A stretch of DNA of 59,105 nucleotides from Promethearchaeota archaeon (GCA_030599585.1 JAUVNS010000022.1:1-59105), one strand, 5' to 3'. Shown: positions 30,731 to 42,035, numbered from the stretch's first letter. Notes: generated by a model not told the origin, from the sequence alone. Numbers and translations are program-made.

Positions 30731-31281
30731 TATTTTTTTACTTAACTAAAACGAATAAATTTATCAAATCCAAATTCTTGAAGATTATATTTTTCAGATG
30801 AACAGAGTTTAATAAAAGATTATAATCATTTGGTCAAACTCTGTAAAGACTTATCATACTACTATTTTCTTGATCTCAATCAAAATTTTTACATATTTCA
30901 CAATTTAGTCTTTTTACTAAACTTTCTCTCCGCAAAAGAGGATCAATCCCTATATTTCTTTGCTCAATAGTATCCTTTAGGATTTCCTATATATCATTCA
31001 TCTGTTTTTCTGTTAATCCATAAGAAATTAATAACCACCTCATAAACCATATTCCTTTCTCAAGATTTTAATGAATTATGGGAACTTGATATCATCAAAA
31101 CAATCACTTTTATGAATGCAGTCAAATATGCTGATTGAGTATTATTAAGAATTATTTAAAAATTTTTAACACTATAGGTCAAAATTTTAAAATAAAAAAC
31201 TATCTATATACTATACAATAATGAATTTATTATAATTTAGTTTGAAAAGAACCAATTCTATTATAAAAAGGAGAAGAAATA

Positions 31282-34011
31282 ATGAGTTTTGATATCCCAG
31301 ATTCTAAAACTACAGCACTTAACCCTCTAGATTTATATCGGCAATTGAATAAAGATCCGAAATTTAAAGGTTTAATCCACCCACAAGAACCAATGATAGA
31401 AAAATATTATAGTTTACACGATAGTAAAGATTTATCAATACAATTAGCAACTGCGGGAGGAAAAACTTTAATAGGATTACTCATAGGGGAGTGGAGACGC
31501 ACACACTTACAAGAGCGGGTCTTATATTTAACCCCTACAAAACAATTGGCTAACCAAGTAGCAAATGAAGCAGAATCTCTTGGAATTTCAGCGGTTGTTC
31601 TACATGGAACGTTTCTAAATTATCCTGAAGCTGATTGTGAAGCTTACACAAATTGCAAATCAATTGCTATTAGTAATTATACCAATTTTTTTAACACATC
31701 TACTCGATTCAAAGATGGATCAGATGCATACTCGATAGGAAAACCACAATGTTTGATTTGTGATGATGCACATTCAGCTGATAATTATGTTTCAAGTCAA
31801 TATTCAATAGAAATACCTCGAATAAAATATAGATTGTTATATAATCAATTTTTTGATATTTTTAAAGATTATTTTTCTTTTGATTTTGATGAAACAAGTA
31901 AAGTGCAATTAATTCCCGCAGTTCTTATTTCTGAAAACCTTGATAGAATTAACCGTGTACTAGAGAATAACATAGATGTAGAGAGTAAAAAACCCACTGA
32001 TCTTTTTTTTCCTTATCGGAATATTAAAGATCATCTTCACTGTTGTTTGTTTTTTATCTCTTATACAAGAATTCTGATCCGTCCATGGATCTCTCCAACA
32101 TGGACACATCAGCCTTTTAATAATGTAAACCATCGAATATATTTAAGTGCCACCATCGGTCTTTATAATGATCTTGAACGGATTTTTGGAGTATACCCTA
32201 TTAAATCTATTGAATTCTCTGAAAAAACTGATTTGATCAAGGGGAAAAGAATGATATTATTTGTATCCCAAATTCTTACTCAAGTTTCTGAAGAAAAAGA
32301 CAAATTCTTGAGTCAGATTATTAACTCCTTTGATAAAGCATTATTATTATCCCCATCTAACGAAGAAATTAAAAAGATAAAACAACGAGGTTTAATAAAA
32401 CCATTTAACAAAAAAATTGAAGGCAATGAGATAGAAGAAACTCTTGCTCCATTTCAAGACGAAAAAAGTGCAATTCTTTTATTAACAAGATATGATGGTA
32501 TAGATTTGATTGGATGTCCAATGTTAGTTTTTTGGCATGCTCCGACTGCGATTAATCTTCAAGAATCATTTTTGGGAGATACTCTCGGAGAACAAACAAT
32601 TATAAAAACACGCACCCTCACTCGAATTATTCAGGGATTGGGACGATGTACAAGAACAGATAATGATCAAACGCTAGTATTATTATGCGGCAATGAATTT
32701 GTAAATGTATTAAATAAAAGAGATATAAAAAATTTTCCTAGTCAACTGAGTGTTGAAATTGAATATGGATTGGGATGGTCCATGAATAACTCACCTCAAA
32801 AGATTAAAACTCTAATAGATCACTTCAAAAAAAAAACCGCAAATTGGAAAGGTGCAGTTTCGAAAATATTAAGTGAAACAACCAGAAGAAAAAGCGAAGG
32901 AACAACATCTCCAAACAATAATATTCAATCTCTAGAAAATGAAATTAAGTTTATGAAGTCCCTATGGGGAAAAGCTTGGGAGGGGGCAATTAACTATGCA
33001 TCTAAAATAATTACAGATTTAGATGACAAAAAAAAAAAATATCGAGCTTGGTGGTATTATTTCAAAGGACATGCATTGTATTTGAGATATAAAAATACAA
33101 ATCAAGAGGCTTTTTTAAGAACTGCTCTGGAGTGCTTCAAACAGTGTCATCAAGATACTCTGGAGATCACTTCTCTACTACTTCATAATTTCATCGAAAA
33201 ATCACATATAGACAACATATTTATTTCACCAAAAACAGAAAAAGAATTAATTCAAAAAAGTTCTAAAGCGTTACTTATTGGGATAGATTCTTATCAGGAT
33301 ACCAATGTCAATAAATTAACAAGCTGCATTTATGATGTTGATGAAATTAAAGAAATTCTTATAGATCCTAACCGATGTGGATATTCCCCTGAAAATGTGA
33401 TAGTTTTACATAATGCAACTAAGGCTAAAATTATATACAATCTGAAAGAGTTTAGTAATATTTCAGGAAACTCAACTGTGATCATTTATTTTTCTGGACA
33501 TGGAACCCATAAAGATGGAAAATCCTATCTTGTACCAAGCGATTATCAACAAGGAGAAGTAGATACATTAATTTCAGGAGAAGAATTTAGAAAATCGCTA
33601 GATAATATTAATGTTCATCGTTTAGTAATTGTTTTAGATGCTTGTAAATCTGGGGGATTATTTACTAATACAACAATTATAAAAGGAAACGACTCTGATT
33701 TGAAAAGTGGATTAAGTGAAAAGTACTTTAACTCGATTTTAAAGACTCATGGTCGTGTAATTATCTCATCTTCAGGTAAAGAACAGAATTCCCTAGGTGG
33801 GCTTTCAGGAGATTTAAGTTTATTTACCCAATATTTCTGTCAAGGATTAAAGGGTGGTACAGAGGATTATAGAACTTACGATAATGATGGAATGATTAGA
33901 ATACTGGGTTTGATTAAATATATATCATCTAGCACAAAGGCAAAACAAGACGTTTGGTTACGCTGTAATTCTATGGATTTCCCAATTGCACTTTATAAAG
34001 GAGGAAAATAA
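31282..34011 (+). CDS. SF2 (DEAD/DEAH, DinG-like C-lobe) helicase fused to a C-terminal caspase-like (peptidase C14) domain
   Basis: LATAGGKT, YLTPTKQLANQV, DDAH, LSAT, IIQGLGRCTR; KALLIGIDSY, YFSGHG (His), VLDACKSG (Cys), LSLFTQY. Confidence 0.85.
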   Translation: MSFDIPDSKTTALNPLDLYRQLNKDPKFKGLIHPQEPMIEKYYSLHDSKDLSIQLATAGGKTLIGLLIGEWRRTHLQERVLYLTPTKQLANQVANEAESLGISAVVLHGTFLNYPEADCEAYTNCKSIAISNYTNFFNTSTRFKDGSDAYSIGKPQCLICDDAHSADNYVSSQYSIEIPRIKYRLLYNQFFDIFKDYFSFDFDETSKVQLIPAVLISENLDRINRVLENNIDVESKKPTDLFFPYRNIKDHLHCCLFFISYTRILIRPWISPTWTHQPFNNVNHRIYLSATIGLYNDLERIFGVYPIKSIEFSEKTDLIKGKRMILFVSQILTQVSEEKDKFLSQIINSFDKALLLSPSNEEIKKIKQRGLIKPFNKKIEGNEIEETLAPFQDEKSAILLLTRYDGIDLIGCPMLVFWHAPTAINLQESFLGDTLGEQTIIKTRTLTRIIQGLGRCTRTDNDQTLVLLCGNEFVNVLNKRDIKNFPSQLSVEIEYGLGWSMNNSPQKIKTLIDHFKKKTANWKGAVSKILSETTRRKSEGTTSPNNNIQSLENEIKFMKSLWGKAWEGAINYASKIITDLDDKKKKYRAWWYYFKGHALYLRYKNTNQEAFLRTALECFKQCHQDTLEITSLLLHNFIEKSHIDNIFISPKTEKELIQKSSKALLIGIDSYQDTNVNKLTSCIYDVDEIKEILIDPNRCGYSPENVIVLHNATKAKIIYNLKEFSNISGNSTVIIYFSGHGTHKDGKSYLVPSDYQQGEVDTLISGEEFRKSLDNINVHRLVIVLDACKSGGLFTNTTIIKGNDSDLKSGLSEKYFNSILKTHGRVIISSSGKEQNSLGGLSGDLSLFTQYFCQGLKGGTEDYRTYDNDGMIRILGLIKYISSSTKAKQDVWLRCNSMDFPIALYKGGK

Positions 34012-34164
34012 TTAACGAAATACTTTTAGGATAAAAAGTTGGAGAGAATTAATTATTTATGCAAATAATACATAATGCAATATCTTCGTATTACTACATC
34101 AAATTGTAGTTAATTTTTATTAAAATAAAGAAAACTCTGTCAAATATGGAAGAGTGAAATAAAA

Positions 34165-34962
34165 TTGTGTAGATTATTTGGATTAATTGCAAATAGAGAA
34201 GTGAATCTTGAATTTAGTTTTCTGAAAGCAGATTTACCTTTCAAAAATTTAAGTAGAAATAACCCACACGGATGGGGAATAGGTTATTATAAGGAAAATT
34301 TTGCTAAAATTCAAAAAGAACCCTTTCCAGCAATCCAAAGTAAAAAATTTGAGGAAATTGCTAGAAATGAAAATTCAAAGATGTTTATTTCTCATGTTAG
34401 GTATTCTACTCAAGGAGAAAAAACATTTGAAAATACTCATCCATTTATATATGATAATTGGATATTTGCCCATAATGGAAATATCGATATCAGAGATAAA
34501 TTATTAGAACTTCTTAATTCCAAATTTAAAAATTTGATTAAAGGAAAAACTGATTCTGAAGTCTATTTTTACTGGTTAATGCAAAATATTGAAGACCAAA
34601 ATGATCTTTTTAATGGTATCAAAAAAAGTATCTCTTTTATACAATCAAATAAGGGGGATAGAACAACTGGATTAAATTTTGTACTTATAAATGGGGAAAA
34701 ATTAATTGCACTAAGAAAGGCGCTCCAGAGATCACATAAGTATTCTTTGTATTATTCTAACCGAAAACCAGATATAATGGAACATATGAAATTCCAATCA
34801 AATGAAACCAGGCAATTAATAACTTCTAAGAATTTAAAAGGTGAAGAAGCTGTATTAGTATGTTCAGAACCATTGACAGAAGATGAAAATTGGATAGAGT
34901 TAAACAATAATCAACTTTTAATAGTAGAAAAAAACTTAAAATTAAAAAAATGGGATATATAA
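34165..34962 (+). CDS. Class II glutamine amidotransferase (YafJ/EgtC-like Ntn hydrolase)
   Basis: MCRLFG (Cys2 nucleophile), NPHGWGIG, SHVRYST, NTHPF, FAHNG, GKTDSE, CSEPL. Confidence 0.9.
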   Translation: MCRLFGLIANREVNLEFSFLKADLPFKNLSRNNPHGWGIGYYKENFAKIQKEPFPAIQSKKFEEIARNENSKMFISHVRYSTQGEKTFENTHPFIYDNWIFAHNGNIDIRDKLLELLNSKFKNLIKGKTDSEVYFYWLMQNIEDQNDLFNGIKKSISFIQSNKGDRTTGLNFVLINGEKLIALRKALQRSHKYSLYYSNRKPDIMEHMKFQSNETRQLITSKNLKGEEAVLVCSEPLTEDENWIELNNNQLLIVEKNLKLKKWDI

Positions 34963-35761
34963 ATTAGCTAATCAAAATTTATAATCTAATATTGAATATT
35001 AAAATCAAATAGAATAAAAATGTTTATCAATATTAAAAAAGGATTAAAAAGAAGATTATAAAAATGTCGGATTCAAGAATCCATTCGAGTTAAATAATTA
35101 AGAATAGGTTGACGAAATTTAAGAAAAATAGAACATACTAAAATTAAAAGTTAATTTAATTTTACTTTTGATGGTGTTTTAGTAAAAGCTTGAAATAAGA
35201 AAACAGCGATCCAAATATTATTTTTATAATATATATGAAAACATTTTTTTAATGGAAATGCAACAACAATGTTGTTTTTTATTTCTTTTCTAATATCTGC
35301 AATGCATAATATCCCGAATCCAGATTTTCCAGCTTCTCTTATGATCTGATCTTTATGCTTATTATATTTTTCTTCAAGAATGTTTTGATTATCCAAATTT
35401 TCTTCTGTTTTAAGGAGTTTATCCTCAATTGGAATCTCATCAATCCAATGATCAGAGTTACCCCCTGATACTCCAGATTTATCCTTCAACCTTGTTCTAA
35501 ATCGATGTAATAAGACTCTTGATAACCAAGGGGACATTATTTTGAAAATTTTTGGGTTATTTATGAAAACGCACAGGAAAATTAGATGAGATGAAATTAA
35601 AGATTATTGAATAAGAGAGACGAAAATACAGTCAATAAAAGAAATTTACTTTAGATTATTTTTAAAAAATCTCATTTTGGCATTTATGCTCATTTCACAT
35701 TTGGAAAATGGTGAGTTCAATTAAAATGTTCTCGTATTAACAGGTAACAATTTTATTACAA

Positions 35762-36637
35762 CTATTTTTTAACGATTACCTGAAAAACGAGTAAAAAATT
35801 CCAAAAATAATGAAGTAACCAAGCAAAAAATAAACCATTACTAATCAATGTAATGGAGAAAATAATACTATAAAAAAAACATATATTTAAATGTATGATT
35901 GCGTTCTTATCAAGCTTCTTATGATTAAATATATGTAAAAGAGTGAATGTAATACTAACTAACATAATTGTAAAGAATAAGTCTAAATTAGTATAAGAAA
36001 TAATCACATTTATAAGAAGATATCTAAAAATTACCTCTTCATATAAAGTTAATAATGAAATGAGCAGTAATAATAATAACTTTTTATAGGTTGAGGGATT
36101 ATTCATCAAGAATTTAAATATTTGGGTAAAATTTCCATTTTTAGACTCCTTATCAGAAGGTTTTAGACGATTTATTAAAATAAAAAGCCCAATGAAAAGT
36201 AAAAAGTAGAATATGATGCTATAATCAAAAGAAGTTGAAATTCCATAAAAATTGAAGTTCGGACCCTGGATCATCAAAGAAGAAAACGCATAGGAATTCT
36301 TATTTGTAGCCGATAAATTCAAGAATAAAATGAAAAAAGCAAATATCCCTAAACACACTCCTAATTTTTTCAGAAATCTTCCTTTTTTAATTAAATATAA
36401 GCTTAACATAAGTAATAAAACGATTTGAAGTATTTCGCTAAAAAGATAAAGAATTCTAATCTCTAGGGTTAATCCAAATATTAAAAGACTTACGTATATT
36501 GCACCAATCGAATATATAAGATAAAAAAATTTTATTTTTTTTAAATCGAATTCAATTTCTTTAGAATCGTATTCTACATAAATGGATTTTTCTATAATTT
36601 TTGTGATATCACTGGTTTTTTTACTTGAAATCATCAT
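35762..36637 (-). CDS. CPBP/Abi (CAAX) family intramembrane metalloprotease
   Basis: Multi-pass membrane protein with YEEVIFR, FTLLH and LHYFWN motifs. Confidence 0.8.
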   Translation of the reverse strand: MMISSKKTSDITKIIEKSIYVEYDSKEIEFDLKKIKFFYLIYSIGAIYVSLLIFGLTLEIRILYLFSEILQIVLLLMLSLYLIKKGRFLKKLGVCLGIFAFFILFLNLSATNKNSYAFSSLMIQGPNFNFYGISTSFDYSIIFYFLLFIGLFILINRLKPSDKESKNGNFTQIFKFLMNNPSTYKKLLLLLLISLLTLYEEVIFRYLLINVIISYTNLDLFFTIMLVSITFTLLHIFNHKKLDKNAIIHLNICFFYSIIFSITLISNGLFFAWLLHYFWNFLLVFQVIVKK

Positions 36638-36797
36638 TTTAATTTTGCGATTTTATTATTACATTAGATTGAAGAAAGGATTTTAAAAACGACTAGAATT
36701 TTGTAGAATTCTCGGTTTGATTAAAAACAGATTAGTTTTTTAATATCATTTTTAAAAAAGAATTAAGATTCTTTTTACTTTTAGTAGACTATTAAAA

Positions 36798-38318
36798 ATG
36801 GGATTCTTAAATTTTTACATATCATTCTGCTCTAAATTTAGAGGTATGAGATCGCCAAAATTAAATTTTAGAGAGGATAACGAAACTTATAGATCTCTTT
36901 ATCTTCAACAAGGAGTTAGTAAAGAAGATATTGACAAAGCAACTTTTATAGTATTAATTCTTTGTTTATTAATTAGTTTATTGCTGCTATTGATATTCTT
37001 AGGATTCAACAATATATTATTAGCATTTACAATTTCCAGCGTGTCATCAATCTTAATTTCTTATAAATTTAATTCGTATCTACATAACAAAATTAGAAAA
37101 CAAGAAGATCAACTAAACGCTTTAATTTATTACATTAAAATGAGTTTTTCGATCATGCATACATCTATAGGAGAGAGTGAAGACCCTTATTTTGCTTTTA
37201 TAGATTTGATGATAGAATTTAATCTCCCTTTATCTAATTTTTTTAAAAAGATAATGCATAATGTTCAATTAGGAAGTTCTCCAAATTCTGAATTGAGTAA
37301 AATATTAACAGCTTCAGAAGATTTTAACACATATAAGAATCAATTACTAAGAAGTAATTTCAAAGAATTAAACGTTAATTTATACGAAAAAAATACCTTA
37401 GAAAATAGATTTAAGGTGTATTTGAAAACTTTAGACGAAAAATTATCTTTAGTTTTCTTTGCGGGATTAGGTTTTCCTTTTGTTTTAAGTTTAATCCTTC
37501 TTTCAGGTCAAATTAATTACGTCTTATCTCTTTTCTGTATTCCTATCTTTCTATTTTTATTAAATTTTATATATAAAAAATTACTAAAAATAAAGACCCA
37601 TCTAATCGCAATCATAGAAGGATCTAAATTAGAGAAGCGAAGATTTGAACAATTTATTCTTTTTTTAGAACGATTCGCAATCAATCTTTCACAAAATATT
37701 TCTCCTGAAGTTGCTTTTATAGAAGCTTTTAATCAAATGGATTTTAAGAAAAATTTAATAGAAAACTCACTTAAAGAAAATATCTCAAATTTGGTATTGT
37801 TGAAAGCTCCATTCAATGAGATGCTGGATAAACTAAAATTTGACTTAAAATCCGTAAGGTATCGTTTTATTTTAGAGACTATCAAGCACATGTTATCGAG
37901 GAGCGCTTATTTAACTTCAGAGAAAATATTTGAACTTTTAAGCATCATCAATCGACATAAAAAATTAGAAGATGATTTAGATACCGAAATTAGAGGCGTT
38001 CGTATAAAAGTATTTTCATTTATAATTCTGATACCCATAATTTCAGGAATGATGAATGGTTTAATGCCTTTATTTACGATTCTTTTCTCTTTTACTGGAA
38101 GTATTTACTCAATATCCTTTATAGAACTCCTTATTCTAATAAATCCTTTTAGTTTGATTTCTACATTTATTACACTTCTCTTATGTAATGCTATCACAAC
38201 CTACAATTTCTTAAAAATAATCAAATTTGAAAAAAATTACTTCTATTTAATAACGACAAGTGTTATTTATCTTATTTCATTTGCAACGGCATTTCTGACA
38301 GTCGCAGGATTTTTTTAA
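36798..38318 (+). CDS. Multi-pass membrane protein, probable TadB/TadC (T2SS F-like) pilus platform
   Basis: Two cytoplasmic domains between TM pairs (VQLGSSP; LSQNISPEVAF); near the TadA-like ATPase and pilin. Confidence 0.55.
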   Translation: MGFLNFYISFCSKFRGMRSPKLNFREDNETYRSLYLQQGVSKEDIDKATFIVLILCLLISLLLLLIFLGFNNILLAFTISSVSSILISYKFNSYLHNKIRKQEDQLNALIYYIKMSFSIMHTSIGESEDPYFAFIDLMIEFNLPLSNFFKKIMHNVQLGSSPNSELSKILTASEDFNTYKNQLLRSNFKELNVNLYEKNTLENRFKVYLKTLDEKLSLVFFAGLGFPFVLSLILLSGQINYVLSLFCIPIFLFLLNFIYKKLLKIKTHLIAIIEGSKLEKRRFEQFILFLERFAINLSQNISPEVAFIEAFNQMDFKKNLIENSLKENISNLVLLKAPFNEMLDKLKFDLKSVRYRFILETIKHMLSRSAYLTSEKIFELLSIINRHKKLEDDLDTEIRGVRIKVFSFIILIPIISGMMNGLMPLFTILFSFTGSIYSISFIELLILINPFSLISTFITLLLCNAITTYNFLKIIKFEKNYFYLITTSVIYLISFATAFLTVAGFF

Positions 38319-38374
38319 GAATGTTTAATGAAAATACACCAGTACTTACTTTTACATTTTTTTTAGTATTAGCG

Positions 38375-39301
38375 TTATTCTTGGCTAACTATCCAAGGAA
38401 TAAAATAATTGACATAATATAAAAAATCTTCAGGAGTCTCCCAATAAAACACAGCAAGTCTATTATCGTAGTAGTATATGCTAAAATTAAGTTTTCTTGG
38501 TTGAGATAATTCGAAATCAAAACTAAGGCAAATAAACTCTTGACCGAAGATTTCACCTCGGCCTCCATTTTTTTTTAATTCATCATTCATGAGAAAATCA
38601 AAAACGAAATGGTCGCCACAGAATTTTACATATTTTATATTTTCAGGAACGATTATAGAGGCATTATATATTTTATCGCTCTTATCAGGATAATTGAAAA
38701 AATCAGAAATTACATTCATTGTTTGATTTAAAAAATGCCACCCTTTGTTGATATCTTCTTTCTCTCTTCTAACCGTTTTTCCATCTCTTATCTCTATCCA
38801 AACTAAAGGATTCTCATAGGTATTATTAAAATATACATCAAAGAAAGACACAATAATACTTAGATAATATTCTTTAGGACTAAGGCCAATATAATTTCTT
38901 AGAATAAAATTTGCCCCATCAAAATTTAATTCATATTCTTTCCTTTCTCCTTTTATCACAACTTCAAAAAGAATATCACTTTCAGGAAACCTCATAGTAT
39001 AATACTCCCCGTGATCTTCTAGAATTTTACCTCCAACAGAAATATTTAATTCTGATATGAAAGGAGCATAAAAATATTTCTCAATTTCTCTCTCAGATTT
39101 GCTTTCTTTATTGGATATAACCTCTTCTACCCATTCATCGACATCATTTACAAATTCATCTATATCTAAATAGAACTCTGTGTCATTAAATTTATCAAAG
39201 ACCTTAATATTGTTAAAGAAAGGATAGACTCCGCTAACTATGGTACTCAAAACAATAATCCCTAATCCGATGAATAAAATACGCTCTAATAATTTACCCA
39301 T
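38375..39301 (-). CDS. N-terminally anchored exported protein (possible minor pilin)
   Basis: MGKLLERILFIGLGIIVLSTIV N-terminal anchor. Confidence 0.45.
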   Translation of the reverse strand: MGKLLERILFIGLGIIVLSTIVSGVYPFFNNIKVFDKFNDTEFYLDIDEFVNDVDEWVEEVISNKESKSEREIEKYFYAPFISELNISVGGKILEDHGEYYTMRFPESDILFEVVIKGERKEYELNFDGANFILRNYIGLSPKEYYLSIIVSFFDVYFNNTYENPLVWIEIRDGKTVRREKEDINKGWHFLNQTMNVISDFFNYPDKSDKIYNASIIVPENIKYVKFCGDHFVFDFLMNDELKKNGGRGEIFGQEFICLSFDFELSQPRKLNFSIYYYDNRLAVFYWETPEDFLYYVNYFIPWIVSQE

Positions 39302-39428
39302 AGCTATATGTTCTTTTAATTTATTTCTTCTATTTATTTATAAAAACTCCACGTTTCTTCCTTAAAACTTGATTTAATCAACTTTAAATTTGAAATGTGT
39401 GCTAAAAGATACAGGAAAAAAAAGGAGC

Positions 39429-39728
39429 TTACCCAAAAAATAGATGAATTAAGATTAATACAAACAGAATCAATCCTGGCAAAAAAACTAATAATGTGCC
39501 TAGATTTATTAAGAAACGCAAAAACTCTATTTCATATAAATGACTAATAATCAAAAATGTTTTTATTTCTTTTAAACAAATCATATAAATAAACGCTGCA
39601 AAAAACCAAACCGCAAATGAAAATACTTCTACAATTAAATCCATGGCTATTAAATTATAGGCTAGGATTATAGTGCAAAAAGCAGGAAATATAATGATTC
39701 CTACTATAAAAAAGCTAAAATCTAACAC
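39429..39728 (-). CDS. Small multi-pass membrane protein
   Basis: Three hydrophobic segments. Confidence 0.5.
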   Translation of the reverse strand: MLDFSFFIVGIIIFPAFCTIILAYNLIAMDLIVEVFSFAVWFFAAFIYMICLKEIKTFLIISHLYEIEFLRFLINLGTLLVFLPGLILFVLILIHLFFG

Positions 39729-39897
39729 TTACTTCTATGTCATCTCTATTATTTAAAGTTCCAGTTTATTTTTAATTTCTCTTCATGGAATGCTGATGTA
39801 ACCCTTCATCCCCTATCTCATCAACAGATATTGCATCTGGGATTATTATCCTAATTAAATTATACCCAGTACTGATATCGGTATTAAGAAAAAAAAT

Positions 39898-40605
39898 TTA
39901 TATTTTTTTTAGTTCTTCAATGAAATCTTGGGGAGTGTATCCATGTAATAATGCACGATGTAAAGCAAGTTCATTAATTTCAAATATTCTTGAAGAATCT
40001 TTTATTTTTTTAAGCCTCTCTATTAAATCTGCAGCAATTTGCCTTGTTTCAACTTTATCATCTTTTAATTGACCAAAGGACCCCCCGTATCTTCTGAATA
40101 ACCCTGCCATAACCTGAATTTCTTCGTTTGAATATCTTTGAATACAGTTGTTACATATAAATTCTAGTTCTTGACTTAAGTTATGATCTTTTAATTCATA
40201 TCCTAAATAGCTATTACATATAATACAAGACGATTGTTCAGAATTAACCTGTTGACCTTTTATATTAGATATAACAAAAAGACTAAGATTAAGGCAATAT
40301 ATCCGTGACCTTTTTAGAATCGCCAAAAATACAGATTCGGGAGTGAAATACTCCTTCCTTTGTTTCAACTCGCTCTGAACATCGTAGAGCACATCCTTAA
40401 CTCTTGGAAGATCATCATTCTCGGCTCCAAAAGAGCCTTTTCCAACATTGAACACATGAGTTAAAATTTCCTTACCTTCTTCATCAAAACAATTATTGCA
40501 ACTTTCGCATACCAGACCTACGCTGAATTTTGGGTAATATACATTTGAGTAGGGGGCGATTTTTTCAAAACATATCGAACATTCGTCAAAATCTAATATA
40601 GTCAT
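39898..40605 (-). CDS. Protein with internally duplicated Zn-binding module
   Basis: CSIC..CESC..GSFG repeated as CIIC..CNNC..GSFG. Confidence 0.6.
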   Translation of the reverse strand: MTILDFDECSICFEKIAPYSNVYYPKFSVGLVCESCNNCFDEEGKEILTHVFNVGKGSFGAENDDLPRVKDVLYDVQSELKQRKEYFTPESVFLAILKRSRIYCLNLSLFVISNIKGQQVNSEQSSCIICNSYLGYELKDHNLSQELEFICNNCIQRYSNEEIQVMAGLFRRYGGSFGQLKDDKVETRQIAADLIERLKKIKDSSRIFEINELALHRALLHGYTPQDFIEELKKI

Positions 40606-40762
40606 TGTAAAGCACGAAATTGACGAATATATTTAAAGAAAAATTTTGGATTGGTTTTTTTTTACCTACTAAAAACCTTGAACTTTTTATATAAAATTTT
40701 AAACATTTTTTTAAGTCTTTTTCTAATTATCAATTTATTAGATTTAGTTTGTCATAAAAACT

Positions 40763-41704
40763 ATGACTCAAAACACTAAACAAATTTGCCCGGATTGCGG
40801 AAATGGATTTCTAATAACAGATGCTGCCCGTGGAGAAACTATATGCACCAGTTGTGGAGCTGTTATAGAACAAAAGATTATTGATTCAGGTGCGGAATGG
40901 CGTGCGTTTACTCCACAAGATTACAAAAACCGAACTCGCGTAGGATCGAAATCGAGATTAGATCAATTTGATAAGGGATTGACAACAATAATTCCGAAAG
41001 AAAATAAAGATGCTTATGGGATACCAATAAGCCCTAATATGAGAGACAATATTTATCGGTTGAGAAAATGGCATGAAAGAACAAAAAGAACAAAACCAAA
41101 AGACCGGAACTTAAATGACGCTATGAACGAATTAGACCATATTGGATCTCAACTCAATTTATCTAAAGATATCAAAGAATCTTCAGCATTTATATATAGA
41201 AAAGCACTCTCAAAAGGAATAACAAAAGGAAGATCAATAATAGGGATAATTTCGGCGTCAACTTTCATTGCGTGTAGATTAAATAGAATTCCAATTACAT
41301 TTGAATCTTTTACTGAGATAACTTCTTTAAAAAAGCGTATTATTGCAAAATTCGTAAGAGCCATCAAATACGAGCTCAATATTAGATTACCTACTTCTTC
41401 ACCAAAAGATTATATCTCTTATTACGCCTCCGAATTAAAACTCTCAGGTGAGGTCCAATCACTAGCAATAAAAATAATTGAACTAGCCCAAAAAAAGGGA
41501 ATGATGAAGGGAAAAAGTCCTTCGGGATTTGGCGCTGGGGCGTTATACAAAGCATGTCGAATACTTGGTGAAACAAGGAGTCAGAAAGAAATTTCAGTAA
41601 TATCTAATGTTACTGAAGTAACTCTGAGAAATAGGTATAAAGAGATATCATCTATTCTAAAGAATGAGGAGGGGTTATATAATAATCCTTCAAGTACGCT
41701 ATAG
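40763..41704 (+). CDS. tfb: Transcription initiation factor IIB
   Basis: CPDC...CTSCG Zn ribbon, GAEWRAF, RVG, RLRKW, two cyclin repeats, VTEVTLRNRYKE. Confidence 0.95.
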   Translation: MTQNTKQICPDCGNGFLITDAARGETICTSCGAVIEQKIIDSGAEWRAFTPQDYKNRTRVGSKSRLDQFDKGLTTIIPKENKDAYGIPISPNMRDNIYRLRKWHERTKRTKPKDRNLNDAMNELDHIGSQLNLSKDIKESSAFIYRKALSKGITKGRSIIGIISASTFIACRLNRIPITFESFTEITSLKKRIIAKFVRAIKYELNIRLPTSSPKDYISYYASELKLSGEVQSLAIKIIELAQKKGMMKGKSPSGFGAGALYKACRILGETRSQKEISVISNVTEVTLRNRYKEISSILKNEEGLYNNPSSTL

Positions 41705-41855
41705 TTTTCAGATGATAAGGATTCTTAATTCACAAAAAAGTTAAGAGTAGTTTAGATATCTATCTTTGAATGTTTGACAATATAATACGTTTAAAACAAT
41801 CTTGTAATTATATGAATTAATATATTATTAATATCTGAATTGTTTCTTTTATGAT

Positions 41856-42035
41856 CTAATCTTTAATTGATCCTATAAATGCTAACTTTTCTTGAATTGA
41901 TAGAATCTGATCTCCTTCTAATATCTCAAGATCTTCTTTATCAAATTCTAAACAACATATAGGACATTCGATTGTATTTTCATAACTGATTATTTTTTTG
42001 CTTTTACATCGAGGACACTGGTCTTTTTCTGTCAT
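41856..42035 (-). CDS. Zn-ribbon protein, 59 aa, paralog of 43709..43936, absent from ORF track
   Basis: Hand translation MTEKDQCPRCKSKKIISYENTIECPICCLEFDKEDLEILEGDQILSIQEKLAFIGSIKD. Confidence 0.75.
   Translation of the reverse strand: MTEKDQCPRCKSKKIISYENTIECPICCLEFDKEDLEILEGDQILSIQEKLAFIGSIKD

Noticed and set aside
35151-35537. 128-aa ORF as an intact gene
   Set aside because: No recognisable motif and it sits in a fragmentary flank of the helicase-caspase insert; possibly a remnant
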